Positions 1-18,092 of a stretch of DNA of 64,000 nucleotides are shown here, piece by piece. Each line of letters starts with the position of its first letter. Position 1 is the stretch's first letter. Source of the DNA: an uncultured delta proteobacterium (lineage in GTDB: Bacteria; Myxococcota; Myxococcia; Myxococcales; Anaeromyxobacteraceae). The stretch is from NCBI GenBank assembly GCA_963766715.1, contig CAVYBH010000012.1, forward strand, positions 712,916-776,915, written 5' to 3'. Below the pieces are notes generated by a model that worked only from the letters and a program-made list of their open reading frames with translations, searched no databases and was not told where the DNA came from. A program made the translations under genes and the position numbers.

Positions 1-3227
<3,227 letters not shown>

Positions 3228-3271
3228 GTCTCGTCCCTCGATGCGGCGTTCGGGTTCCGGGTGTCGTCCAC

Positions 3272-7516
<4,245 letters not shown>

Positions 7517-7640
7517 CGAGCGTGTTCCTCTTTCCCCGGAAGGAGTCGTTACAAGCACTACGAGCCGGCGCAAGGCCGGCTCATGACTTCATGCCCGGCC
7601 GCGAGGCCGGGGGACGGGGATGGTCATGGGGGGTGGGAGG

Positions 7641-7669
7641 GTATTAACCACTCCTGCCCTCCATGTCAA
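7641..7669 (-). promoter_or_regulatory. sigma70-type promoter for rpoBC
   Basis: TTGACA-17 nt-TAATAC on the minus strand between rplL and rpoB. Confidence 0.65.
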
Positions 7670-7682
7670 AGCTCCCGTCCAA

Positions 7683-7724
7683 GAGGCAGGGCGGGACGGC
7701 CTATCCGGCCGCCCCGCCCCCCTC
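7683..7724 (-). terminator. GC-rich hairpin after rplL (terminator or attenuator)
   Basis: Imperfect inverted repeat gggcgggacggcc / ggccgccccgccc; weak U tract. Confidence 0.45.
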
Positions 7725-7737
7725 CTGAAGGACTGAT

Positions 7738-8112
7738 CTACTTGATCTCGACCTTGGCGCCAGCGGCCTCGAGCTTCTTCTTGATCTCCTCGGCCTCGGC
7801 CTTGGGAATCCCCGTCTTGACCTCCTTGGGGGCCCCCTCGACCAGGTCCTTGGCCTCCTTCAGGCCCAGGCCGGTGATGGCGCGAACTTCCTTGATCGTG
7901 TTGATCTTGTTGGCGCCGGCGTCCATGAGGACGACGTTGAACTCGGTCTTCTCCTCGACCGGTGCGGCGGCTGCGCCACCGGCGGCGGCCATCATCACCG
8001 GCGCGGCGGCGGCGCTGACGCCCCACTTCTCCTCGAGGGTCTTCACGAGCTCGGCGGCCTCGAGGATGGTGAGGCCGGACAGCTGCTCCACGATTGCGTT
8101 CAGGTCTGCCAT
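7738..8112 (-). CDS. rplL: 50S ribosomal protein L7/L12
   Basis: [10 protein letters not shown]...[22 protein letters not shown]. Confidence 0.99.
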   Translation of the reverse strand: MADLNAIVEQLSGLTILEAAELVKTLEEKWGVSAAAAPVMMAAAGGAAAAPVEEKTEFNVVLMDAGANKINTIKEVRAITGLGLKEAKDLVEGAPKEVKTGIPKAEAEEIKKKLEAAGAKVEIK

Positions 8113-8196
8113 GACTTCGTCTTTCCTTTTCTGCTGGGGCGCCTTCCCGGCGTCCCGCGTCCATGCCCGCGCTCCGCGCGGGCGGTCAGGTACCGG

Positions 8197-8721
8197 TTAA
8201 GCCTGCTTCTCCAGCTGATCCTTCCGCGCGCCGATGACCTGGGCGAGCTGCTGCCCAGGAGCGGCGAGCAGGCGCACGAGCTTCGAGGCGGGCTGCGCGA
8301 TGACGCCCGCGATCTTCGACCGCAGCTCGGGGAGTGCGGGCAGCTTCGCGAGGGCCATGATGGCCTTCACGTCGATGACCTTTCCCTGAACCACGCCGAT
8401 CCGAAGTGCGAAGTTCTCGCGGTCCTTGACGAAGTCCGCGAGGATCTTCGCCGGTGCGACCACGTCGTCGTACGACAGGATCAACGCCGTCGGTCCAACG
8501 AACTTCTCCGACAGCTGCTCGAGATCCGTGCCCTTGGCGGCACGGATGGCCAGGGTGTTCTTGACGATGCGGTACTCCACCTTCGCCTCGCGGCACTTCC
8601 TGCGAAGCTCGGTGACGGTCGCAACGTTGAGCCCCTTGGGCTCTGCCAGGATGGCGGCCTTTGCCTTCGCCATCTTGTCGTGGAGCTGGCCGATGACTGC
8701 TTCTTTTTCCGTCCGGTTCAA
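8197..8721 (-). CDS. rplJ: 50S ribosomal protein L10
   Basis: LRRKCRE...YRIVKNTLA...GPTAL; TTG start; position between rplA and rplL. Confidence 0.98.
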   Translation of the reverse strand: MNRTEKEAVIGQLHDKMAKAKAAILAEPKGLNVATVTELRRKCREAKVEYRIVKNTLAIRAAKGTDLEQLSEKFVGPTALILSYDDVVAPAKILADFVKDRENFALRIGVVQGKVIDVKAIMALAKLPALPELRSKIAGVIAQPASKLVRLLAAPGQQLAQVIGARKDQLEKQA

Positions 8722-8841
8722 ATGTACTCACTTCCTTCCCGACCGGCCGCGTGGGCGGCTCGGCGTGATGTGGGCCACGGACCGGACGACCGGTACGTCG
8801 ACCCCCTGGCCAAGCAGGGGACGCTGCAAGAGCAACTTCCC

Positions 8842-8932
8842 GTCTCGGCGGGTCGGGCCTGCTTCACCCGCTTGGCCACTCCTCCCCTTCTGCTTCTCGC
8901 ACCCGGGGAGGGGTGGGCCCGCTGTCTTGGAC
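8842..8932 (-). promoter_or_regulatory. L10 leader (autoregulatory RNA)
   Basis: Minus strand GTCCAAGACAGCGGG...CCCGCCGAGAC matches the AAGAC-G-GG / CC-C-GAG core of L10 leaders, upstream of rplJ. Confidence 0.7.
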
Positions 8933-8983
8933 CAGGAAACACCCGCCGGCGAGGTGCCGGCGGGCAACCTGGAAATCTTCCGG

Positions 8984-9691
8984 CTACACCGCGTGCTGGG
9001 CGCTGAGCTCCGCCGGGTCGAGCTTGATGCCCGGGCCCATGGTCGTGCTCACGGTGACGGACTTGAGGTACACCCCCTTGGCCGTCTGGGGACGGGCCTT
9101 GAAGATGATCTCCATGATGGCGTTGAAGTTGTCCTTCAGCTTGTCGGGGGTGAAGGACGCCTTCCCGAACGGCACGTGGACGATGCCCGCCTTCTCGACG
9201 CGGAACTCGACCTTGCCGGCCTTCTGCTCCTTGACCGCGCGGGCGACGTCGGCGCTGACCGTGCCCACCTTCGGGTTCGGCATCAGTCCGCGGGGACCGA
9301 GCACCTTTCCGAGGCGGCCCACCACGCCCATCATGTCGGGGGTGGCGATGACCTTGTCGAAGTCCATGAAGCCGCCCTGGATCTTCTCCGCCAGGTCCTC
9401 GGCGCCGACGATGTCGGCCCCGGCCTCGGTGGCCTCGCGGGCCTTGTCGCCCTTGGCGAACACGGCCAGCTTGATGGTCTTGCCCATGCCGTGCGGCAGG
9501 ACCACCGCGCCGCGGACGACCTGGTCGGCGTGCTTCGGGTCGACGCCCAGGTTGATGGCCGCGTCGACCGACTCGTCGAACTTGCGGACGGCGGTCTTCT
9601 TCACGAGCTCCAGCGCGTCGTCGAGCTTGTAGCGCTTGTTGCGGTCCACGTTCTCGACGGCCTTCTTGAACTTCTTTCCGATGTGAGCCAT
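8984..9691 (-). CDS. rplA: 50S ribosomal protein L1
   Basis: KFDESVD...[15 protein letters not shown]...STTMGPG; ATG 9691 (MAHIGKK). Confidence 0.99.
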   Translation of the reverse strand: MAHIGKKFKKAVENVDRNKRYKLDDALELVKKTAVRKFDESVDAAINLGVDPKHADQVVRGAVVLPHGMGKTIKLAVFAKGDKAREATEAGADIVGAEDLAEKIQGGFMDFDKVIATPDMMGVVGRLGKVLGPRGLMPNPKVGTVSADVARAVKEQKAGKVEFRVEKAGIVHVPFGKASFTPDKLKDNFNAIMEIIFKARPQTAKGVYLKSVTVSTTMGPGIKLDPAELSAQHAV

Positions 9692-9707
9692 TGGCGTGTC
9701 TCCCGGC

Positions 9708-10154
9708 CTAACCGACAATCTCGATGCCCATGGACAGGGCGGTGCCCTCGACGGTCCGCATCGCGGCCTCGAGGCTTCCCGCCGTCATGTCCTGCATCTT
9801 CATCTTGGCGATCTGCTCGAGCTGCGCCCGCGACACCTTCCCGACCTGCTCCTTGCCGGGCTTGTGCGCGCCGCTGCCCTTCTTCTTCTCGGTGTGCAGT
9901 CCTGCGGCCTTCTTCAGCAGGATCGACGCCGGAGGCGTCTTCAGGATGAAGCTGAAGGAGCGATCCGCGTAGACCGTGATGATCACCGGGATGATGAGCG
10001 CTTCCTTCGCCTGCGCCTGCGTGGCCGCGTTGAACTGCTTGCAGAACTCCATGATGTTCACGCCGTGCTGGCCGAGCGCCGGGCCCACGGGGGGCGCCGG
10101 GTTGGCCTTGCCAGCCGGGATCTGCAGCTTGATCTGACCTGTGACCTTCTTCAT
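9708..10154 (-). CDS. rplK: 50S ribosomal protein L11
   Basis: [34 protein letters not shown]. Confidence 0.99.
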   Translation of the reverse strand: MKKVTGQIKLQIPAGKANPAPPVGPALGQHGVNIMEFCKQFNAATQAQAKEALIIPVIITVYADRSFSFILKTPPASILLKKAAGLHTEKKKGSGAHKPGKEQVGKVSRAQLEQIAKMKMQDMTAGSLEAAMRTVEGTALSMGIEIVG

Positions 10155-10187
10155 CTGCCTTCCTTCCGGGCCCGTCTTCCGGGTCCT

Positions 10188-10219
10188 GCGTGGTCTTCCG
10201 GGTGGCTACCCTTCCACGC
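10188..10219 (-). promoter_or_regulatory. Putative L1-binding leader hairpin upstream of rplK
   Basis: GCGTGG-AA-GGGT-AGCC-ACCC-GGAAGA-CCACGC: two helices around an asymmetric purine-rich internal loop, the architecture of L1 operator sites. Confidence 0.55.
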
Positions 10220-10253
10220 GCCGTTTGAACTGCGGGTGACGCGACCTCGACGG

Positions 10254-10793
10254 CTACGTCTTCTCCACCTGCATGAAATCGAGCTCGACCGGGGTGGCCC
10301 GGCCGAAGATGGACACGAGCACGCGGACCTTGCCCTTCTCGGGCTTGACCTCTTCCACGGTGCCGTTGAAGTTCGAGAACGGGCCGTCGGTCACGCGGAC
10401 CTGGTCGCCCTCCTCGAACTGGACCTTGGGCTTCGGCTTGAGGGTTCCCTCGGAGATCTGGCTGGTCAGCCGGGCGACCTCCTTGTCGGAGATGGCCGGG
10501 ACGTCCTTGGGGATCTTGGCGGCGCCGACGAAGCCGGTGACCTTGGCGGTGCCCTTGACGAGGTGCCAGGTGCGGTCGTCCATCTCCATCTGCACGAGCA
10601 CGTAGCCCGGGAAGAACTTCCGCTTGGAGGTCTTCTTCTCGCCCTTGACCATCTCCACGACCTGCTCCATCGGGATGAGGATCTCCCCGAACGAGTCCTG
10701 GAGGTTTTCCTGGCGCACGCGCTCCTCGAGCGACTTCTTCACCTTGTTCTCGAAGCCCGAGTAGGTGTGCACCGCGTACCACTTCTTGGCCAT
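10254..10793 (-). CDS. nusG: Transcription termination/antitermination factor NusG
   Basis: [14 protein letters not shown]...FFPGYVLV...KOW motif...[13 protein letters not shown]. Confidence 0.99.
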   Translation of the reverse strand: MAKKWYAVHTYSGFENKVKKSLEERVRQENLQDSFGEILIPMEQVVEMVKGEKKTSKRKFFPGYVLVQMEMDDRTWHLVKGTAKVTGFVGAAKIPKDVPAISDKEVARLTSQISEGTLKPKPKVQFEEGDQVRVTDGPFSNFNGTVEEVKPEKGKVRVLVSIFGRATPVELDFMQVEKT

Positions 10794-10893
10794 TCCGATT
10801 CTCCCGACGTCGAGGCACCGCGACCGGTTCCCGTCTTCCGGGTCGCGGCGCCGGGCGCGCCGTGCTCCGGGCGCTTCCGCGCCCGGCGTGCTG

Positions 10894-11286
10894 CTAGTAC
10901 ACCAGCGAGGAGAGCCGCGACCAGACGAGGTCGAAGATCCCCAGCATGAAGGCGGCCACGAAGGTGAACACCACCACCGCGACCGTCGAGGCCCGCGTCT
11001 CGCGCAGGCTCGGCCAGGAGACGCGCTCCAGCTCCTGCGCGACCTGCATGGAGACCGCGTTCACCCTCGGCGAACGCCAGGCCAGCACCGCCAGGAGCGC
11101 GGCGATGCCGTACCCCAGGATCGTGGTGATGGTCCACTCGTCCCCGAGGAGGGCCGTGTCGTTGAGGCGCGCGTAGGAGAACACGATGCCCAGGATCTTC
11201 TCGAGGAAGATCCCGACCACCACCGCCGCGAAGAAATAGAAGATCGCGACGATGCGCTTCGACTCGACGCCCGCTCCCTTTTCCAT
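10894..11286 (-). CDS. secE: Preprotein translocase SecE
   Basis: ELERVSWPSLRET followed by a TM helix; lies between tRNA-Trp and nusG; ATG 11286. Confidence 0.93.
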   Translation of the reverse strand: MEKGAGVESKRIVAIFYFFAAVVVGIFLEKILGIVFSYARLNDTALLGDEWTITTILGYGIAALLAVLAWRSPRVNAVSMQVAQELERVSWPSLRETRASTVAVVVFTFVAAFMLGIFDLVWSRLSSLVY

Positions 11287-11304
11287 GCTGCCCTTCCGCT
11301 GAGC

Positions 11305-11380
11305 TGGCAGGCCAGGAGGGATTCGAACCCCCAACCCGCGGTTTTGGAGACCGCTGCTCTACCGTTCGAGCTACTGGCCT
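11305..11380 (-). tRNA. tRNA-Trp (CCA)
   Basis: 76-nt cloverleaf AGGCCAG...CTCCAAA loop...GTTCGAAT...CTGGCCTGCCA. Confidence 0.97.
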
Positions 11381-11399
11381 TCGAAATCCCGGTACAGGA

Positions 11400-11558
11400 C
11401 TACTTCGTTTCCTTGTGCGCCGCGTGCTTGCGGCAACGCGGGCAGTACTTGGAACGAGACAGCTTGTCCTGGGTCTTCTTCTTGTTCTTGGTGGTGCTGT
11501 AATTCCGCTCCTTGCAGGTCGTGCACTCGAGCGTGATGATCGTTCTATTGCCGGCCAT
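11400..11558 (-). CDS. rpmG: 50S ribosomal protein L33 (Zn-binding form)
   Basis: Hand translation (below ORF-track cutoff): [52 protein letters not shown]. Confidence 0.97.
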   Translation of the reverse strand: MAGNRTIITLECTTCKERNYSTTKNKKKTQDKLSRSKYCPRCRKHAAHKETK

Positions 11559-11570
11559 GGTTCAGCGTCC

Positions 11571-11756
11571 TCACTGGATGACGGCCCCGGCCATGACCAC
11601 CGCGATCCCCGAGGGGAACGAGATGGACCCGGTGACGTCCGTGGTGCGGGATTGGAACTGCGAGGCCTCGGAGAGCAAGGCACGGCCACGGCCGGATCGA
11701 CCGATGGCCCCCACGATCACGTGGGGCTTCGTGCGCTCGAACTTCTCCTCGACCAT
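11571..11756 (-). pseudogene. tuf: Internally deleted EF-Tu remnant (61-codon open mini-ORF) at the tufB locus
   Basis: MVEEKFERTKPHVIVGAIG matches the EF-Tu N-terminus, QFQSRTTDVTGSI-FP-G-VVMAG matches domain 3, VIQ matches the C-terminus; sits between tRNA-Thr(GGT) and rpmG. Confidence 0.85.
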
Positions 11757-11761
11757 GATGC

Positions 11762-11837
<76 letters not shown>

Positions 11838-11858
11838 CTTTCTTCCTTTCTAGCGGGT

Positions 11859-11935
<77 letters not shown>

Positions 11936-11954
11936 AACCTCTCTTCTCCTGAAG

Positions 11955-12037
11955 TGGAGGGGGATGGATTCGAACCATCGAAGGCGTAAGCCGGCAGATT
12001 TACAGTCTGCTCCCTTTGGCCGCTCGGGAACCCCTCC
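11955..12037 (-). tRNA. tRNA-Tyr (GTA), CCA not encoded
   Basis: GGAGGGG...CTGTAAA loop, long variable arm, CCCCTCC-A followed by CTT. Confidence 0.96.
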
Positions 12038-12085
12038 ATGACCTCTTCCAACCTCGAACCACGACGATCGTTGCGACGAGCCAGC

Positions 12086-12161
12086 TGGAGCTGGCGGTGG
12101 GATTCGAACCCGCGACCTGCTGCTTACAAGGCAGCTGCTCTGCCAACTGAGCTACGCCAGC
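12086..12161 (-). tRNA. tRNA-Thr (TGT)
   Basis: 76-nt cloverleaf GCTGGCG...CTTGTAA loop...CGCCAGCTCCA. Confidence 0.97.
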
Positions 12162-12230
12162 GAATCCCCAGAAGTTTCGGCTCTGGCCTTCCGGCGCAGG
12201 GAACACCTGTCCCTGTCGTCGGAGCGGGTG

Positions 12231-12259
12231 CTTGTACCGGACGTCCCTGGGGTTGTCAA
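12231..12259 (-). promoter_or_regulatory. sigma70 promoter of the tRNA operon
   Basis: TTGACA-17 nt-TACAAG followed by a GC-rich discriminator-like CACCCGC. Confidence 0.7.
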
Positions 12260-13014
12260 GCCGGGATCTTGCCTGTGCTTTCGCCGCGCTGACGCATCGC
12301 TTCATAGATGGCGATGGCCGCCGCGGCCGAGGCGTTGAGGCTGCCCACCCGGCCCGCCATGGGGATGCGCGCGGCGTGGTCGCAGCTCTTCCGGACGAGC
12401 GGGCGAACCCCCTGCCCCTCCCCCCGATGACGAGCGCGATCGGCCCCTTGAGGTCGACCGAGGCGAGGTCCACGTCCCCGTCCGGGACCGCCGCGACCGT
12501 CCAGAGCCCCGCCTCCTTCAGCTCCTCCAGGGTCCGGACGAGGTTCGTGACCCGGGCGATGGGCAGGTGCTCGACCGCACCGGCCGAGGCCTTCGCGGCC
12601 GAAGGGGTCACGGAGGCGGCGCGGTCCCGGGGGAAAGATCACCCCGTGGGCCCCGAGCGCGTGGGCCGAGCGGACCACCGCCCCCAGGTTGTGCGGGTCC
12701 TCGACGCCGTCGAGGAGCACCACGAGCGGCGGCTTCCCCGCCAGCCGGGCGGCCGCGAGGATGTCCTCCACCTCCCGGTACCGGTAGTCGGCGACCACCG
12801 CGACGATGCCCTGGTGCTGCGTGACGCCGGCGAGGCGGTCGAGCTTGGACCTCGGCGCCGTCCGGACCTTGGCGCCGTGACCCCGCGCGCCTTCCTCCAG
12901 CTCGGCGAACGCGCGGGGACAATCGCCGCCCTCGGCCAGCCAGAGCTCGGCGATTCCCTCGCCACCGGCGCGCAGGAGCTCGCGAACCGGGTTCATGCCG
13001 TAGACGACGCGCAC
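12256..13014 (-). CDS. rlmB: 23S rRNA G2251 2'-O-methyltransferase (two compensating indels near 12630 and 12422)
   Basis: YGMNPVRE...HQGIVA...LDGVEDPHNLGAVVRSA; middle part KASAGAVEHLPIARVTNL in another frame; end GEGQG...SLNASAA. Confidence 0.93.
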   Translation of the reverse strand: MRVVYGMNPVRELLRAGGEGIAELWLAEGGDCPRAFAELEEGARGHGAKVRTAPRSKLDRLAGVTQHQGIVAVVADYRYREVEDILAAARLAGKPPLVVLLDGVEDPHNLGAVVRSAHALGAHGVIFPPGPRRLRDPFGREGLGRCGRAPAHRPGHEPRPDPGGAEGGGALDGRGGPGRGRGPRLGRPQGADRARHRGEGQGVRPLVRKSCDHAARIPMAGRVGSLNASAAAAIAIYEAMRQRGESTGKIPA

Positions 13015-13021
13015 GCGGGCC

Positions 13022-13447
13022 TCACTTCACTTCGATGGGAACGGTGACGGTCTTCGTCTGGGGCACGCACCAGGCGTCGCTGCAGATGGCGAACCGCATC
13101 TGCACCACCACCTGCTGCGGACCCTTCGCCCCGGCCGTCACCGGGATCTCGAAGCGGGGGTTCTCGGCGCCGGGGTCCACGGCGTCGCTGCGCTTCAGCT
13201 CGCTCCGTGCGACCCGCAGGCCGGCGGACGGCTCCACCTTGTACTTGAGGGGGAACTCCCGGTTCACGTGGATCCCCTTCTCGAGGGGCTCGACCGCGAC
13301 CACGACCTTGCCGGTCTCCCCCACCTTCAGGGAGCGGGAGGAGCCGTCGGTGACGACCTTGTAGGTGCTGGCTGCGTTGGCGCCGTCGGCGGCCAGGGCC
13401 GGGCAGGCCAGGGCGAGGGCCAGGGCGGCGAGCGTGCTGCGAGTCAT
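13022..13447 (-). CDS. Secreted hypothetical protein, beta-rich with CxxxxC near the C-terminus (DsbD N-domain-like)
   Basis: Signal peptide MTRSTLAALALALACPALA; GGAGG RBS; HVNREFP and FAICSDAWCVP. Confidence 0.6.
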   Translation of the reverse strand: MTRSTLAALALALACPALAADGANAASTYKVVTDGSSRSLKVGETGKVVVAVEPLEKGIHVNREFPLKYKVEPSAGLRVARSELKRSDAVDPGAENPRFEIPVTAGAKGPQQVVVQMRFAICSDAWCVPQTKTVTVPIEVK

Positions 13448-13505
13448 GTGCGCATCCTCCGTTCCGCGGGCGGTATACCAGGGACGGGCCGTCCCGCCCC
13501 GGGAT

Positions 13506-14438
13506 TCACGCTCGCCCGCGCCGGGGACGACGCGCAGGGCGGCGCTTCCGGGCCACCGGCGGCGCCCCGACCAGCTCGGCCGCGCGCTCGACGATGGCCC
13601 CCGCCACGTCGGCGCCGCAGGCCTCCTCCGCCTCCCGGATCCCCGGCGAGCTGTGCACCTCGAAGACCCGCGGACCGCCCGGCGCGTCCAGCATGTCGAC
13701 CGCGCAGACCTCCAGGCCGACCACCCGGGCGGCCGCGACCGCGGCCCGCTCGGCCTCCTCGCCCAGCCGGACGCCCTCGAACCGGGCGCCCTGCCCGAGG
13801 TTGCGCGACAGGCGGCCGACCCGCGGCCGGCGCCGCAGCGCCGCCACGACGTGCCCGCCCACCACGAAGGCCCGCAGGTCCCCGCCACGTCGGCCCTTCA
13901 GGTACTGCTGCACCATGGTGTTCTGCCCGAGGCGAAGGATGGCCTCGAGCGCCGACTCGAGGGCCTGGCGCGTCTCGCAGACGATGACCCCGGTCTTCTC
14001 GTTGCCCCGCAGGAGCTTCACGAGGACGGGGAGACCGCCCACGTGCTGCACCATGTCCCGCAGCCCGGAGGGCTCGCTCGCCATCACCGTCCGGGGGACC
14101 TTCACGCCGCTCGCCGAGAGCAGTTGCAGCACGCGCATCTTGTTCCGCGCCAGCCCGATGGCCGGCGCGCCGTTCATGACGGGCAGGCCGATGAGCTGGA
14201 GGTGGTTCACCACCGCGAGCCCGTACTGGCTCACCGAGGGCGCGATGCGCGGGACCACCACGTCGGTGGACGGGAAGTCGCGGCCGCGATGGAAGATCTC
14301 CGGACCGTCCCGGCCCAGGCGCATCTCGACCTGGAGCGGATCGACGATCCGGGCCACGTGACCCCGGGCGCGCGCCGCCTCGACCACTCGACGGGTGGTG
14401 AAGATCCCGGCCGAGCGGGAGAGGACGGTGAGGTGCAT
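13506..14438 (-). CDS. rimK: RimK-family ATP-grasp alpha-L-glutamate ligase
   Basis: MHLTVLSRSAGIFTTRRVVEAARARGH...DVVVPRI...ARNKMRVLQLL...DLRAFVVG...FEVHSSPG. Confidence 0.85.
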   Translation of the reverse strand: MHLTVLSRSAGIFTTRRVVEAARARGHVARIVDPLQVEMRLGRDGPEIFHRGRDFPSTDVVVPRIAPSVSQYGLAVVNHLQLIGLPVMNGAPAIGLARNKMRVLQLLSASGVKVPRTVMASEPSGLRDMVQHVGGLPVLVKLLRGNEKTGVIVCETRQALESALEAILRLGQNTMVQQYLKGRRGGDLRAFVVGGHVVAALRRRPRVGRLSRNLGQGARFEGVRLGEEAERAAVAAARVVGLEVCAVDMLDAPGGPRVFEVHSSPGIREAEEACGADVAGAIVERAAELVGAPPVARKRRPARRPRRGRA

Positions 14439-14494
14439 CGCCGACGAGACTAAAGGGGGGGCGGCCGGATTGCGAGGGAAAGGCGGAAGACGAA

Positions 14495-14523
14495 GAGGGC
14501 CGCCCCGATCCGGGACGGCCCTC
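14495..14523 (-). terminator. Hairpin terminator after dnaK
   Basis: GAGGGCCGTCCCG-GAT-CGGGGCGGCCCTC followed by TTCGTCTT on the minus strand. Confidence 0.6.
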
Positions 14524-14551
14524 CCCTTCCCCGCGCGGCGGCGGGATTCGC

Positions 14552-16450
<1,899 letters not shown>

Positions 16451-16477
16451 TGTGTGAAATCCTCCCGGTTGGAGGAC

Positions 16478-16505
16478 AAGCTAAGTACGCTTCGGGAGGC
16501 GTCAA
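16478..16505 (-). promoter_or_regulatory. Putative dnaK promoter
   Basis: TTGACG-16 nt-TAGCTT on the minus strand, then GGAGG RBS. Confidence 0.5.
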
Positions 16506-16707
16506 ATGGTCCCGGACATCCTTTTCGGGGGCGAGGCCGGATCGCGCCGGTGCCGGCCCGGCGCCGGCAGGAGGCGCCCGGCGGCTGGGTGTAGGTGCGT
16601 AACCTCCTTCGCACTCCGCCACCCCCGCTACCCGATTTCCGGTCCTTCTATTTGCGCGTCACAGGATGCTCACGTTGATATCGCGTCATTTTTTCGACGA
16701 CGCACCG

Positions 16708-16723
16708 TGGCATCGGGATTGCT
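16708..16723 (+). promoter_or_regulatory. sigma54 (-24/-12) promoter
   Basis: TGGCAT-CGGGA-TTGCT has exact TGGCAC-N5-TTGC spacing, with an AT-rich tract upstream. Confidence 0.7.
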
Positions 16724-16742
16724 CTCTCAGGGCGTGACTCCG

Positions 16743-17816
16743 ATGTCATACCCTTTCACAGGGGACTCGATGCTCCAGACCGCCACCTTGCGCCACTTCC
16801 CCGAGCAGACCGCCGTCCTCCTGAACGCCAACGCCAAGCAGGTCAGCCCGCGCGTGCGCGAGACCCTTTCCGGTCTCGTCCCGGCGGACAACCTCTTCTT
16901 TTCCCGGGACCGCGACGACGCCCACCGGATCGCCGATGCCGTGATGTCCCGCGGCTTCGACACCGTGTTCACGGGCGGCGGCGACGGCACCTTCGTCTCC
17001 TGGGTCAATCACATCCTCGACCGGGCCGAGACCCGGGACGCGCCCGCTCCGCGCTTCGGGATCCTGGCGCTCGGCACCGGCAACGCCGTCGCCGAGATGG
17101 TGGGCGCGGGCCGGCCCGTCGACGACCTCCGCCGCCACGTCTCGGGAGAGGTCATGCCGGGCCGCCGGCTCGACCTGGTCACCTGCGACGGCCGCCGGAC
17201 GCCCTTCGCCGGCGTGGGCATCGATGCCGCGGTGCTGAACGACTACAACTGGCTGCGGACCCGGCTGGGCGCGAAGGCCGGCCGGCTGGCCGCCGGGATG
17301 CGTGGGTACAGCCTGGCCATCGCGCTCCGCTCCGCCCCGCGCCAGGTCTTCCAGCGCAAGCCGTCCTACTGCGAGATCCTGAACACCGGCGGCGCCGCCT
17401 GGCGCCTCGACCCGAACGGCGAGCGGATGGGACGCCCCATCGAGCACGGCGAGCTGCTTGTACGCCGGCCCGTGCATGCTGGCCGCCGGAAGCACGGTCC
17501 CCTACTACGGCTTCAAGCTGCGGGCCTTCCCCTTCGCGGGGCGGCGGCACGGGACGCTCCAGGTTCGCGTGGCGACGCGCATCCCGGTCCCCTCCCTCAT
17601 CCTCCACGCGCGCCAGATCTTCAGCGGCGAGTTCTCCCACCCCGGCCTGCTCGACTTCGAGGCCGACCGGGTCGAGATGTCCTTCGATCGGCCCGTCCCG
17701 TACCAGGTGGGCGGCGACGCCGAGGGCTACCGGCAGAAGCTCACGCTGGGGATCGCCCCGCGGAGCGTGGAGCTGCTCGACTTCGCCGCCGGCGCCGCCT
17801 CGCGCCCGCGGCCTAG
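16743..17816 (+). CDS. Diacylglycerol/lipid kinase family protein (indel near 17460; 3' end uncertain)
   Basis: LLNANA, GGGDGT, LALGTGNA, AGVGIDA; continuation frame has YQVGGD. Confidence 0.85.
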   Translation: MSYPFTGDSMLQTATLRHFPEQTAVLLNANAKQVSPRVRETLSGLVPADNLFFSRDRDDAHRIADAVMSRGFDTVFTGGGDGTFVSWVNHILDRAETRDAPAPRFGILALGTGNAVAEMVGAGRPVDDLRRHVSGEVMPGRRLDLVTCDGRRTPFAGVGIDAAVLNDYNWLRTRLGAKAGRLAAGMRGYSLAIALRSAPRQVFQRKPSYCEILNTGGAAWRLDPNGERMGRPIEHGELLVRRPVHAGRRKHGPLLRLQAAGLPLRGAAARDAPGSRGDAHPGPLPHPPRAPDLQRRVLPPRPARLRGRPGRDVLRSARPVPGGRRRRGLPAEAHAGDRPAERGAARLRRRRRLAPAA

Positions 17817-18076
17817 AGGAAGTAGACCACCCTCGGGTCGGCCTTCAGCGCCTCGTAGATGGCGCGGCGCTGCTCCTCCGACTCGAGCCGGGCGTCCAGG
17901 GTGACGGAGAGGTACTTCCCGCCGGAGGACGGCCGGACCGTGGCCTCCCCCAGCGCGACGCCCGGCACCGCCTGCCCCATGACGGTCCGCACGTGCAGCT
18001 CGAAGTCGTCGGCGGAGCTCCCGATGACCTTGAAGGGATAGTCGGTCGGGTAGTCGATGAGCGGCGGGCCGTCCAT
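17813..18076 (-). CDS. DUF493/YbeD-family protein
   Basis: LIDYPTDYPFKVIG...SSGGKYLSVT...IYEAL. Confidence 0.9.
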   Translation of the reverse strand: MDGPPLIDYPTDYPFKVIGSSADDFELHVRTVMGQAVPGVALGEATVRPSSGGKYLSVTLDARLESEEQRRAIYEALKADPRVVYFL

Positions 18077-18092
18077 TCCGTTCCTCCACGGG

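Noticed and set aside
12420..12632. Programmed frameshifting or dual coding in rlmB
   Set aside because: The +1 and -1 both fall in G/C homopolymers and match the window-wide error pattern
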